Origin: a virus
Taxonomy: Duplodnaviria; Caudoviricetes
Length of the DNA: 57,671 nt
IMG/VR virus record: IMGVR_UViG_3300037861_000188
Span: 1-57,671 of that record
Reading direction: 5' to 3' (one strand)
Below the pieces are notes generated by a model, which worked only from the letters and a program-made list of their open reading frames with translations, did no database searches and had not been told where the DNA came from. The translations under genes were made by a program, and so were the position numbers. Numbering within the stretch: position 1 is the stretch's first letter; the number at the start of each line of letters is the position of its first letter. Positions 31,501-38,263 of this stretch are shown here, in pieces.

Positions 31501-32350
31501 TTTCGTTCAGCTCGTCTGCCTCCTTGTCTCGGTCTGCTGCGTACTCCCTTAATCCTGCTCCTATGCCATTATCTATTCCCGATGCTTGCAGCCTTTTTTG
31601 TTCTAGGTAATTCATCGCCTTAGCTAGGTAAGGCGTCACCCCACCAGACCCCGAATTCGCTGCAAGCGTAAGATCTGCTGCTTCTGATATGCCTTTTGCC
31701 CCTAATGATTTAACCTTTTCCCATGACGGATGAATACCGTCAACAAAATCCTCGTACCAAGCTTTGTCAATCTTTGGTTTTTGGGCTTGAGCTGCTGGTT
31801 TTGGGGCGTTGTAAGCCTCTAAAATCTTTGAATTTTTAATCCGCTCCAATTCAGGATCGTTCATCACGCCTAGATTTCCTAGGTTTTTTGTGCTTTCAGA
31901 CTGCTTAATAGTCTGAGCTGTCTGTTCCCGTGTTAAGGATTGACCATTGGCTGAATAGCTGGGGGTTTCTGTAGGATTGATGCCTTTGGGCAGTTCTGGC
32001 ATGAACTGATCCAAGGTGCCTCCAACTGTTCCGGGCATAGGCACCGGAGAAGGAGGAGTTGGCATATCCTTTAATAATGGGGAAAAGCCCTGTCTGCCTG
32101 TTTGTGGCGTTGGTATTTGACTAGGGTTTGAAAAAATTGGGGGTTGGTTAATAGGTTGTTCCGGTGTCTGTTGTTTGCTTGGGTTATAATATTTCAGTAA
32201 AGGGTTTTCAGGTTCAGATGAAGGCTGTACTGCTTCCGGTTGATTTTTTTTGCTCTGAAGTCTCTCTCTAGCTGCCTTGATCTTAGCGAATACGTCGGTT
32301 TCTTTCTGCATTTCAGGGGGAATATTATTGTTTTGGGCGTAAAAGTTCAA
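19589..32350 (-). CDS. Giant polyvalent DarB-like injected protein (SF2 helicase, N6-adenine MTase, zincin-like, LPD23-like, ART-like, LPD38-like)
   Basis: GTGTGKT, DESH, LSATP, QIEGRIYR; DFYATP, EPSVGKG, MNPPF; HEVIGH; GWEKGADGKWRYE and HEIQH; FKKWFGDSKVVD..PLVVYHG; IKIPLPYG and NRNFAGSPIY. Confidence 0.85.
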   Translation of the reverse strand: MNFYAQNNNIPPEMQKETDVFAKIKAARERLQSKKNQPEAVQPSSEPENPLLKYYNPSKQQTPEQPINQPPIFSNPSQIPTPQTGRQGFSPLLKDMPTPPSPVPMPGTVGGTLDQFMPELPKGINPTETPSYSANGQSLTREQTAQTIKQSESTKNLGNLGVMNDPELERIKNSKILEAYNAPKPAAQAQKPKIDKAWYEDFVDGIHPSWEKVKSLGAKGISEAADLTLAANSGSGGVTPYLAKAMNYLEQKRLQASGIDNGIGAGLREYAADRDKEADELNETRDTESWGYKIGSVVPYTAGILAAVVTKPISAPVAGAIGLANVVGLSAVSFGSGIETYDEYKKDKGQESDPLARLGMGALYGSLEFGMERFALSKFIPASVQAKLSKSVIDVMGAGPVVEKTAKDLITDFANSSQSRATLVEGVLKSAGRGFVIEGSTEGATTFGQEFSNYLFQERKDWKKPIEILKESGEAFVLGGVMGVAIGPVSFAANRIENQQRRSAAETLVFAEMADNSGAVEIVGPAKSKPKTGQQATPSGSVEGTIGQEMFYNAIRANGTTTTVSENDINRVFQIKPETFTELLKGKYQGQALQENRANEAATQSANQESDTIRGEYQAMTFQGQDGVQMISAAQFNGEKVFVTAMFPDGNAVIQKPGEEKKVVSSLGLSEQETMPFDQFIETFGPVPEQTQVFDPANPIQIGEKIPIDGQEFSVSSVNLEEGIVQLENEDGTIFETIPVADFQQFRQPQQAEAAPQANEGAEKLRGMFTPKEDITPKPQQDEKISEERPVLEGLPGNRDEGQRGQEGAELRTQEGNKEEVIQNNPPTGAQESTVDNTIAADYLLTGGIGTILSTDYLLKGISGVFSKADKKITEIRNRYAKELAEKNLVDIKNLIGTETYNRMISEIREVIGQDYNGSEEIQSILDEVLKFPTGMPQRIGNQIESRLDRFENSQNEPATGAITPQSPDAPLQPAKPVTGSAQQPTPKNVPEKPVGQGADGAVQVRFPTHKVNVGQNLINNENVDKNGFVYFNSEKEAIDFANEVQKKTGDFLNVEKSDPIESILNDNPFLIGVKKEDSTEKLEKVKKELESDLGKYKEEDQGVFEELKDAITAIDLIISNRKNQPQPNEPPVQEPAKPNKTGKLPYASNVKLISKKETEIGTEYKFRQETNIGIETKVVYSDNPDIVLPKSFQTAEDFIKFKEDAINFKKSNQAPPKAPRKPIERPSNYGKSNKLVTEKEVEDAKKKLQDFFKGKGGKLYIGLDSEISAAALKYSAYHLEAGSRKFADFVRVMVEDFGQGIAPYLSGFYEQLKRDPDFKREGISKEMTPTDEVDDFDIDNFVKQLTNNQEDVSDRPGTSEQDQQDGEAPVQGDNESIPSDRGNERDTGTKNEGGGKKGNRKRPGSKGNSGLSSNPSGKGGIIDLFPNESRSDGKKPSTGLVDGRGNSLDSPTGNDAGQTGDNDIDQDTQKQIESFANKTAKRLKLQQAAESIPGKVGDLDNIRETLPFLLPEQQEDVFKAENRFFGPDSSDPKKANGKGYLFTNGTGTGKTYTGLGIVKRFLKEGKKNILIITPSQTKVSDWVKDAKNLGMNATKIKNTKDAGKGVSVTTFATFRANKALYERDFDLIVYDESHRLMEDKNAKESSTTRSHYMNSNTSKNNALKRLKDATGLWAKSKALYDQINSSEKWLTDSPNNLDVAVRLEEARKEQKEVEQEIKRITPVLEKRAAEVVGKTKIVFLSATPFKTIMNLRYANGVLFDWGTETTFIPKSQGMSRVDPEGQFFLDNFGSKYEWKTNQLQLKGKPNLDAISMQEIAFNAKLVQDGVMSGRAIESDMDYRRDFPILTGEKSERFNEALEAIRTKDSGFEALSKAATNTFFNTNYTTQLLESMKATLMIPRMKEHIKMGRKIVMFHRRQQANIEPPFFKIANETMLNAIAILSQEGNDDKTIEKAKLALQQVADFREQYDDLFQWEKGLDYRSAVEQFAEAFGEQIRFQNGKTSKKDKESGVNVTDFNEVGGPVKIIMVQEESGKEGISLHDTSGTEQRVLVSLSMPRSSTTALQIEGRIYRIGVSSNAVYEYPVMGLDFEIMHFASNINTKLSTTENLAMGDGSRDLINSFIAGVQAATDDAPNQEQGIGGKELDKRISEERSQYRKAILYYQSNQKTRGRRDEREGVDFYATPEPVGQKMVEFLGLEPMEKVLEPSVGKGAIAMWFPGSSNRTIIEESMKLFTKASIVASGANSMNMRFEDFNIINKFHGVAMNPPFGSAGKTAMDHVEKAIKHLYDGGRVVALVPVGAMDKRVEAFMESKEAKNIYLRGEILLPGSTFEQAGTKVNTRILIFDKIEKPSDPREVENMGTESIDLRRAKTIEELFEAIEFVEMPSRIEVQDKKQIIDQLAGITEEEDAPKKEKAVKEITEKAEIGDLLYKEGKHTKTGAPLHLVEMTKSLGNYQELKVLAESMDGFYDRYSKAFRFKSKEGADKFIQKGSQGQANPDDVRFSKPSTASDLNRILDGEQKPTKKAQDITDKAAKFTENWNNAPEIVVLNNSKEAMERFPELEQQYSEEDINQVPALFIKDATTGEPKAVLIASHSYLSGKGAVEKAILHEVIGHYGVREFLKQQAKGDRKKYVDSYVAFMQQVFDAKKADPVLADISQRYFGKKPSELSANEQTIIGDEYLAKLAEDGVQDQWIDRAITKFRQILRDLGITLGLSDSEIRAMLGNSRRIVMGPNGSMMVREGIDQTNLPREMIIGEQGARKLDKQEEATIRIDNLGVAREMEAAGLKEKWFIEDFTTVTDIRIEFPSQNEAYDYMALPENKIIEQNGQKAKADKFHTVSVSPEAQIKIATGWEKGADGKWRYEVEDIDFVENIDNRLKASEKARTKNGVDLVEFVNDNKLFKAYPALRWIKVVMDTKSGSYGSFNKLKGDGGFGQITINPDKHQNDKQILSTLLHEIQHAIQQKEGFASGGNINDVALREKLSAAGVKTREELNEKIKTLKSEYKIIYNRWEDRAFAKRYKGQTEESRNLLREWQGINNQIKDLESNTYDFQKAFRLYQRIAGEVESRNVESRANLSLEERRTQTLQSTEDVSREDQIFLENASGPAMSMTQPQTQSAAFKKWFGDSKVVDSNGEPLVVYHGMPDSREFKESYTFKTRNESFFGSDESPAYFFTDSISKAKSYADPKRAFDYQGATEEVVSTYISAVNPLEINARGAEWRKFETEINGEKIKGTRNLVEYAQKNGYDSLIVKNVRDNYNNNENSKPAVVYAVFSPTQIKSATDNSGAFDGENSDIRFMRVGSTEPDFTAINVRNFNEAKLSWFERKVIEPLQDRMIRSKKLIQSKTGGNVSDAADFYTKENLASGKTLEKARVFIKDLWKPLIKTANKIHNDTGLASEDISNYIKFKHHAERKAYFMDEYAQLGKAVPIDDRWPTGMTDEEAADGIAAFETSVDKAMIDQLNQQVRAISHFTSMERYESGMITKETFDDLMTRYENYVPLTDWSGMESTNDKVYTLLMSAKGRTSESADPLPFLFTAAQESIMRGEKNRTKQSVLEFVKENVSPGNYFIRNAFYLNTKMQDENGNDIWIETMNKPTAGQLANGDAIRSFDPAVHRHVQQQGDQVAVLDVMVKGKKVFIEFKDVNYNDPKAAKYGIVPTIKNMNQDQVPGFFEKLRPYTRWLSSMYTQYNPEFGIRNLIRDVGFGTFNILVEQDATIARKTIGKMGKSAITLGKFLKNDEYPAGKDGQMLREFMEEGALTGYTDLQTAAEVFAQTKKEIDKADKEGIWRRGGNAAIKPIQLFGQGLEIYNKTMENSMRFSYYKTLRDEGMSKQQSAAKAKDLTVNFNRKGRSSGVMGTIFIFFNASVQGTERLARSFTNPKTAKKALGYAGGIMAAGMMQSLLLGMLDEEDEDGRSYYEKIPDYVRKNHVILPNLFSDTPGDYIKIPLPYGLNIFYAFGESIGRTMMGKSDIEKEAMGMLGASTNVFSPIGGYDFTSDQNGFQQAMMLASPSVIQPLADLGFNRNFAGSPIYRENFTTNQFKLPDSQMYFEGVNPFIKESTTFMNKISGGNEVVSGKIDINPEWLEYGMEQYLGGPVQFTKNIATTVAEVISGENILEDPFIRKVPFVRSFVQKTGSDFEARASFYENRDKAITAVEAFEKMQEAGLSEDAAKFYDKNKGLIGLSETYKGYERLVKDLNKIIGEMKSADKELYKDDIEKLYEDRTKIMRGFNREYGEVMYKNRPNPIKEILNMK
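27898..28296 (-). CDS. Gene nested in the +1 frame of the giant gene (132 aa, helical)
   Basis: MYLIDQELANKISK...; A-rich start AACAATCAAGAAG-ATG; host frame here is G/D/R/S-rich disordered linker. Confidence 0.55.
   Translation of the reverse strand: MYLIDQELANKISKTVKLQYKETTSLFQATEEMNEILERKMRAEVKKETGSDQVARAIVAYLPILAEREALSTYFQTNPDQTERNQVPDLLTAEETALTAQREMMLDKQETMTLIRTLRSKLNLLQIRQQKG
29887..30006 (-). CDS. Nested 39-aa basic peptide with CWKGY...VPNCVP motif (+1 frame of the giant gene)
   Basis: MKKSAKKDPCWKGYQAIGMKDKGGRKVPNCVPKKGTKKK; A-rich start AAACCACAACAAG-ATG. Confidence 0.7.
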   Translation of the reverse strand: MKKSAKKDPCWKGYQAIGMKDKGGRKVPNCVPKKGTKKK

Positions 32351-33554
32351 CTAATAGGTCTTCTGCTTCCTGTAAATCAGCGGCTTCCCCTGCGTCTACA
32401 ATGCTTTGAAGTAGTGTTTCAAAATCTTCGTCTGTTGCTTCACCACTGACTATTTTTTGAATTCCTAACTTAATTTGTGTTTTGATAACCGGGTCGGCTT
32501 CCTTTTTCAAGTTGGTAAATCCCTTTTCAGCATCAAAAGGAAAAGACGGACTTCTTGCTCCCTGTCCCTGCTCATCCTGAACACCTCCTTGATCGATGTT
32601 CATTCCCATATTCATAACCTCTGCGTCCATCAATTCGTTTTTGCCCGGATTATACTCTCGGACCTGCTTGAGCTGTGCATCTATTGCCTCTAATTGTCCT
32701 TTGTCTCGGAAAGAATCTAATCCCTTCTTTTGAGATTCCAACTGATCAATCATTGCTTTTTTTCCTCTTTGAAGTGTTGGTATATCGAATTTCAGTTTTT
32801 CTGGACCTGTTCTTCCATTCCTACTGCCAATATTCTTTTTCCTGTTGATTTCAGTTTTGAACTGCAATCCTTTTGCCTTCAGGTAGTCATCATACGCATT
32901 TTCCCCGTATGGATTAATACCAACGGATTCCATCTCCTTAATTTGATCGGATTCTGACTTGGCTAACAATTGATTAAGCGCATCACTGGCTCTTTGCTGC
33001 TGGACGGCAATTCTATTTTCCTGATCAATAGTCTGGTCAACTTCACGGTTTTGTAATCCAGTGTTCGCTTGATCGACCTGAAAACCTCGATTGGTCCAGT
33101 CCTGCAACCTGTTGCGGTAATCATTGTCCATAACTTGAAGCTGATTCATGTTGAATGGCGTGACTCCGTCTGGCACAAATGGCGCATCGCCACCTGCTGC
33201 GACTCCTGCAAGTCCTGCCAATCCTGAAAATCCCTTCGAAAAGGCATTCATTTTTGCTCTGCGCTGGATAATTCCTTCCTGCTCTGTGTCTCGGCCTGGT
33301 TTAGGCTGCATCATTTCGTACATGGCAAACCTGCTTTGCCCTGTCTGTGCTGGTTGTCCACCCTGCTGCGGTTGACCCTGCATTAATGGGTTTCCTCCCT
33401 GCGGCTGAAGCTCTGGAATGGGTTGGTTCTGGAACTGAGGGAAAGTCCTCATTCCTGCGGCTGCCTGATTGTTTTCAGTGCTGATCTTCCGCCCGAAGTT
33501 GTCCTTGCCAAGTAGCCGGGCAAAGAAATTATTTTTTGTGTTTGTGATTGCCAT
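32325..33554 (-). CDS. Internal virion/ejection protein
   Basis: Q/N-rich helical protein with GFSGLAGLAGVAAGG segment; directly upstream of the giant gene. Confidence 0.6.
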   Translation of the reverse strand: MAITNTKNNFFARLLGKDNFGRKISTENNQAAAGMRTFPQFQNQPIPELQPQGGNPLMQGQPQQGGQPAQTGQSRFAMYEMMQPKPGRDTEQEGIIQRRAKMNAFSKGFSGLAGLAGVAAGGDAPFVPDGVTPFNMNQLQVMDNDYRNRLQDWTNRGFQVDQANTGLQNREVDQTIDQENRIAVQQQRASDALNQLLAKSESDQIKEMESVGINPYGENAYDDYLKAKGLQFKTEINRKKNIGSRNGRTGPEKLKFDIPTLQRGKKAMIDQLESQKKGLDSFRDKGQLEAIDAQLKQVREYNPGKNELMDAEVMNMGMNIDQGGVQDEQGQGARSPSFPFDAEKGFTNLKKEADPVIKTQIKLGIQKIVSGEATDEDFETLLQSIVDAGEAADLQEAEDLLVELLRPKQ

Positions 33555-34198
33555 TACCTGTTTGCGAAAAATGGTTGGTTAGGGTTCGTGAAGTTCAGTT
33601 TATTGTTTCCTGCTCCTGAATTAACTCTCATTCCTGCCGCTGGACTTGCCATTCCTGCTCCTGATTTACCCATACCTCCTAGCATCTTGTCGAATACCCC
33701 TGCGTTCATGGCTCCGTCAATCCCTCCCTGCATACCTCCAACAATGTTGTTCATGGAATTTTGCTGGTTCTGTCTGTTGGCAAAACCTACGGAAAACAGT
33801 TGTCCTAGCGCACCCTGATACATCTGTTGATTTCGTTGCCTCCAAAGACTTGCCTGACCTGCCATGCCTGAATATGCCCCCTGCTTAGCCTTCATGTTCT
33901 GACCCATCATTGCGATACGTGCCTCATCTGTCAGTCCGTTCATGTTTGCGCTGGCATTGATATCGTCCATGTTTGAGCTGGAGTTCTCGTCAATCTGGCG
34001 CATGGTGCTTAATCCTTCGCTTGAATCGAAGTAATCTTGACCCATCTGGCTCTTGTAGATGTCTGTAAGTCCCGAAATACCTTTGGAAGCTTTTTCTTCT
34101 TCTCGCTTTCTTCGCTTGCCTCCCAACAGATTTCCGATTAGTCCGGTTACGGCTGGTATAGCTTGAATTCCTGCTGCTGCTAATAGTGGTAATGGCAT
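33554..34198 (-). CDS. Internal virion/ejection (pilot-like) protein
   Basis: MPLPLLAAAGIQAIPAVTGLIGNLLGG N-terminus, G/M/N/Q-rich; typical first gene of an ejection cassette. Confidence 0.65.
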   Translation of the reverse strand: MPLPLLAAAGIQAIPAVTGLIGNLLGGKRRKREEEKASKGISGLTDIYKSQMGQDYFDSSEGLSTMRQIDENSSSNMDDINASANMNGLTDEARIAMMGQNMKAKQGAYSGMAGQASLWRQRNQQMYQGALGQLFSVGFANRQNQQNSMNNIVGGMQGGIDGAMNAGVFDKMLGGMGKSGAGMASPAAGMRVNSGAGNNKLNFTNPNQPFFANR

Positions 34199-34218
34199 GG
34201 CTGGTGTGGTTTAAACGC

Positions 34219-34286
34219 AAAAAAGGCCATGTAGAATTTATCTTCATGGCCTTTGGGCTGTTATTGGCAAGCAAAATACTAATTTA
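34219..34286 (-). promoter_or_regulatory. Promoter-like TAAATTAG box plus conserved leader element, copy 3
   Basis: Minus strand TAAATTAG (34279-34286), ATAACAGCCC, hairpin AAAGGCCATG...CATGGCCTTT-TT. Confidence 0.7.
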
Positions 34287-34331
34287 TGGCGAATTAATAA
34301 AGAAGATTGGTTATTAATTTAGGAAATGGAT

Positions 34332-34398
34332 TATATTTGGGTTCTATGATAGTTTTTTGTTTGTGATTAATCCCCTGCCTTTGGTTGGGGATTTTTTT
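34332..34398 (+). ncRNA. Candidate small RNA 2 (about 55 nt) with own promoter and terminator
   Basis: TATATTTG at 34332-34339, U-rich body, AATCCCC...GGGGATT hairpin with T-tail on +; all flanking genes are on -. Confidence 0.5.
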
Positions 34399-34401
34399 AT
34401 C

Positions 34402-35304
34402 CTAATCATGGCAATTACCTGCGTTACATACAAATCCAACATCAAATAAGCCTAATTGCTCAGGCATACTCATTATCTGATTTACACTCAAATCCGAATG
34501 AAAGGTGTGTCCGTATTGTAATTCTTTGGCAGAAGTCCAGTCTCGAAGTGCTTTTCTTTTGATATAAAGCTGCTGTAATCTTTCCCAAGGCTTCCAAAAA
34601 CAGTTGTTACAGTTCGATTCAACGGCAAATTCAACATCTTTGTCTTTCCAGAATTTTTGAATATGAAATACTGTTTTCTTATCCTGAACCAATACGAAAT
34701 TCCCCTCTCTCCAATTCCTGAAAATAGCGTTTCTCATTTTCTTTTCACCATAGTTAGCGCATTGAGTGGCTATTTCAAAATCAGTGCTGAATGTATTACA
34801 CCTTTCTTTTTCATCATACCTATACCCAATTTTCATTTCTATCGGGTTATTGCATAAAAATGGTCTTTCCTTACTGAATTTTGGGGTTTCAATGGGAGAC
34901 GGATCTAAATTATGTCTCAAAAAGAAGTACTCAAATATTGGCTTGAGCTTCATCTCTTGAGTACAGAACCTTGTGAACTTGTTTGGAATCATGGATTTGC
35001 GGTCTATCAAATCATCAAATGATTCTCCCCTTACCCATGTTATTTCCCTACCTATAAGTTGTTCAAGATCAAAAATGGTTTTAATTATTGTAGAATCTTC
35101 AGTTGTCCCTATAAATTCGCCCCAATGAGAAGAATTCATCTGTAGTCGATCATTAGCCATTTGCATTAACTTCTTATCTGGGTGGGATAACTTCGGGTCA
35201 TCGCAACAAACCAATGAGAATATTTCAATATCACTTGGGTAGTTTGCAGCTATGTAAGCGGATGATTTTCCGCCTGATACACTATTTGCTGTAAGTTTTT
35301 TCAT
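34402..35304 (-). CDS. PAPS-reductase-family (PP-loop) protein with Cys cluster
   Basis: SVSGGKSSAY, RFCTQEMKLKPI, IGYRYDE, SNCNNCFWK, CNAGNC; start placed at MKKLT preceded by AACAGGACAA. Confidence 0.8.
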   Translation of the reverse strand: MKKLTANSVSGGKSSAYIAANYPSDIEIFSLVCCDDPKLSHPDKKLMQMANDRLQMNSSHWGEFIGTTEDSTIIKTIFDLEQLIGREITWVRGESFDDLIDRKSMIPNKFTRFCTQEMKLKPIFEYFFLRHNLDPSPIETPKFSKERPFLCNNPIEMKIGYRYDEKERCNTFSTDFEIATQCANYGEKKMRNAIFRNWREGNFVLVQDKKTVFHIQKFWKDKDVEFAVESNCNNCFWKPWERLQQLYIKRKALRDWTSAKELQYGHTFHSDLSVNQIMSMPEQLGLFDVGFVCNAGNCHD

Positions 35305-35339
35305 TTGTCCTGTTATTACTTTTTTCGTAAGCCAAGTTA

Positions 35340-37325
35340 CTAAAAACTCGCAATATTCCCTGCGGACTTCCTGCGAACAATCGGTTTTAATTCGATCATT
35401 TTTACCGGAGGCATGTAGTCCAGGCATCCCCATGCGCCAAGACCGTCTACAATGACGTGATCATCGTGCGCTCCCTCTACTGCTCCTGTCTTTCCGTTGC
35501 CTTTGTTCTCGAAGCTGTCTGCCTGATCCATAGACCTTTCATCGTAATTCATAATCGCATCATCCCGATAGGCTGCATTGAGTGAATTCAGGATCATTGG
35601 CTTGGTCTGTGCATTCATGTGGAACCCGTACAAAGCTGGCATACCTTTTATGATCTGTTCTGGGTTGGTTCTGCAGAATATATTCCCGTAATGCCCGATA
35701 ATTTCATCCACCAAGGTATAAAACTGATCTCCTTCATCGAATGTGCTGGTGTCCTCTCGCATTTTGTTGATCTCTGGAATGAAGAAGGCATTGTCATAGG
35801 TTTTACATAGCTGCACCGCTTTCCATGCCAAGTGATCAAAGTCAATATGTCCAGCCCATGTTGCCACAAGCTCAGGAAGTCCGGCTTCCATCATCCAGAA
35901 TCTATCCCAAACCTTGATTACCGATTCATCTGACTCCTTGCTTCGCCCTCCAATATCCAGGGTGACTAGGTAGCGGTTCTCATACTTCACATCGGGAAAC
36001 GTCTCAGGCATGGCCCATACTGATAGATTACCCTCGTTTGCTTTCTCTATTCGAATGTTGTTGAGCGATTCAGGACCTTTGTTTGAATCTCCGTAGATAT
36101 CACCTCTAAACAATGGAGGTTTGCAGAATCTTCTGGCCTGTGCAATGACTCGCATCGGAAAGAATCTCGCTCCGGAAGATTGAAAGGCTTCAATGTCGTT
36201 GGATGGAAACTCCGAACACATACTTACCCGATCCCCTTTGTATTCGCCTAACTTCTTGCGGTACCATTTGATCCCTTCCAGCGTTGCGCCCTGCTCCCAT
36301 AGATCAAATTCATCTGTACTCAGGGTTTTAATCAGCTCAATTCGCTCGATTTCGTCTGCAAATGGGATGTGGTACTTCTCAATCTCATACCACGCCACAA
36401 AAACGGGAGTGTAGCTTCCTGTTCGCTTGGCTTCGGTCCAGCTTTGGTGAAAGAAATTTCCTACTCCTTTGGCTGTGGATTCCATCACCACCATGGTCAT
36501 CGGCTTCATGTCGATCGTTCCCAAGATGGACTGAATCAAGTCCTCCGGCTTCTTTCCTTCGGTCTTGCGCCATAGTCCTACCTCAGACAGGTGCGCCATG
36601 GCAATATCGTCAGATCGTATGGATTCAGGAGTCTGCATTGAACCAATCGTGATCTTGTTGGCTCGTTCGGATATGATCTTGATGTTCTGGGTGCCTTCAA
36701 ATGGTGTCAGGCTTAACGGCTCCCATGGATAATTTGTGACTGCTTTTCGAAGCATCGCCCGGATGTTTGTGGATGCTTGATTCTGGTGTGCAGCAATTAG
36801 GCTGTTCCAGTTCTTCATGTGCCTTGCCTGAATCCAAAACATAAATACCTGCGTGAGAGTAGATCCGCCCCATTGTCTTGCTTTCAGGAGAATGATCCGG
36901 ATAGGTAGCTTCTTGTCAAACATTCGCATCAATTCCTTGAGCAGCTTCCGTTGTCCGTTGTTGAGTTTGAATCGTATATCATTCCCTCCGTCCTTGTTTT
37001 TGATCAAAATGGAGACAAACGCCCAATACTCGAAGTCAAAATCCAATCTTCCTTCGTGAATGGTCTGGAGTAGCTTAGTGATCTCAATTCCTTCGGCTTC
37101 TGCGTAGGCTTCTGCGCTTTTGTGCTTGCTGTTGGCGATATATTGAATCTCAGGTATGCCCAACATGGTTGTTGGCAGTCTTACGGGTGCCTTTTGAGTC
37201 TTATAGTAGAAAAAATCAAATCGATCAATAGGGGATCCTTCGCCCATAATCGGGTCGTAGTGCGCAAACATGGCTGCAAACCTGCGCTGGTTCTCCTGGA
37301 TGATGTAGGGGATGGATCGGTTCAA
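35340..37325 (-). CDS. terL: Terminase large subunit
   Basis: Walker A LKARQWGGST, Walker B AHLSEVG, MESTA coupling motif, RNase H TLDIGG and HDDHVI; TTG start coupled to upstream stop. Confidence 0.95.
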   Translation of the reverse strand: MNRSIPYIIQENQRRFAAMFAHYDPIMGEGSPIDRFDFFYYKTQKAPVRLPTTMLGIPEIQYIANSKHKSAEAYAEAEGIEITKLLQTIHEGRLDFDFEYWAFVSILIKNKDGGNDIRFKLNNGQRKLLKELMRMFDKKLPIRIILLKARQWGGSTLTQVFMFWIQARHMKNWNSLIAAHQNQASTNIRAMLRKAVTNYPWEPLSLTPFEGTQNIKIISERANKITIGSMQTPESIRSDDIAMAHLSEVGLWRKTEGKKPEDLIQSILGTIDMKPMTMVVMESTAKGVGNFFHQSWTEAKRTGSYTPVFVAWYEIEKYHIPFADEIERIELIKTLSTDEFDLWEQGATLEGIKWYRKKLGEYKGDRVSMCSEFPSNDIEAFQSSGARFFPMRVIAQARRFCKPPLFRGDIYGDSNKGPESLNNIRIEKANEGNLSVWAMPETFPDVKYENRYLVTLDIGGRSKESDESVIKVWDRFWMMEAGLPELVATWAGHIDFDHLAWKAVQLCKTYDNAFFIPEINKMREDTSTFDEGDQFYTLVDEIIGHYGNIFCRTNPEQIIKGMPALYGFHMNAQTKPMILNSLNAAYRDDAIMNYDERSMDQADSFENKGNGKTGAVEGAHDDHVIVDGLGAWGCLDYMPPVKMIELKPIVRRKSAGNIASF

Positions 37326-37468
37326 TATTCAAATATAGGTATGTATTTTGGATTATAATCCCAGAAGAACCCCCACCCGGTATAAGCGAATATGATTGGT
37401 TCAATTGCTGTGTAGGCAAATATTAGCAGTATAATTGCCAGAATATTCCAAATTGTTTTTGCTTTCAT
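37322..37468 (-). CDS. Small membrane protein (48 aa)
   Basis: MKAKTIWNILAIILLIFAYTAI...; its TGA overlaps the terL TTG. Confidence 0.55.
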   Translation of the reverse strand: MKAKTIWNILAIILLIFAYTAIEPIIFAYTGWGFFWDYNPKYIPIFEY

Positions 37469-37471
37469 GAA

Positions 37472-37780
37472 CTAGTTATTAACCGCCAAATTCCTAAGCA
37501 AATCATCTTCATCTTCAATTTCGTTAAGAGCTTCAAGAAAACAGGAAAGAAACACTTTTCCCGATAAGCTGCGCTGTATTCTTAATTCTGTTACAACAAA
37601 AATACAGGTACTTTGAATATACTCCCTCACATATTCTTCGATTGCATCTTCTGGGTCAATAAAATCGGTCAAAAAGACCTGATCTCCGAAAAGTGGTCTG
37701 AAATTCATAAGTGTATCAAAATAATGAGCCTCTATTTCTCCTTCTGGTGTAATCGTTTCGATTTCAAATTGTACTTTCAT
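37472..37780 (-). CDS. Acidic hypothetical protein
   Basis: 102 aa, D/E-rich; AACAGGACA directly before ATG. Confidence 0.7.
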   Translation of the reverse strand: MKVQFEIETITPEGEIEAHYFDTLMNFRPLFGDQVFLTDFIDPEDAIEEYVREYIQSTCIFVVTELRIQRSLSGKVFLSCFLEALNEIEDEDDLLRNLAVNN

Positions 37781-37826
37781 TGTCCTGTTTTTTAGTGGTT
37801 AGCAAAAGGGCCGAAGACCTGTTGAT

Positions 37827-38189
37827 TTAAATTCCAAAAATCCCTCTTTTCACTTCGTTGTCTACGATTGGTCCAATTACACTGATTTTCAAAGCCTCTT
37901 CCGGATGTATGGTTGAGCTCGGATTACGTAATTCGTACTCTTTTTTTAGCTTCAATTTTTCTTGAAGCAAATAACCTTCAAGCATCCATATCTTGTCAAA
38001 GGCATTCTTGTAAGCGATACGCTGTCCAAGAACCGGATCGTAGTTAGCAGGATCAACGCAAGCTGATTCCCCTGTTATCTCAAAGCCATTCTCCATTGTC
38101 AAAATGCAATGAGTCAGCTTTGAAGAAAGCTTCATATAATTTTCATTTGCAATCTTACTTTCAATTAATTCTTGAGTTACCTTGTTCAT
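37827..38189 (-). CDS. N4 Gp49/Sf6 gp66 family protein
   Basis: LTHCILTMENGFEITGESACVDPANYD...AFDKIWMLEGYLL; start placed at MNKVT. Confidence 0.85.
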   Translation of the reverse strand: MNKVTQELIESKIANENYMKLSSKLTHCILTMENGFEITGESACVDPANYDPVLGQRIAYKNAFDKIWMLEGYLLQEKLKLKKEYELRNPSSTIHPEEALKISVIGPIVDNEVKRGIFGI

Positions 38190-38263
38190 AATATCCTTTT
38201 TTTTACTGTTAAAATTATAATTTACCGATTTACCCACGGGTAAACACTTTTATAAATTTCACT

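Noticed and set aside
20567-33888. Numerous + strand ORFs antisense to the giant and ejection genes
   Set aside because: S/F/L-rich mirror-frame products without motifs or expression signals.
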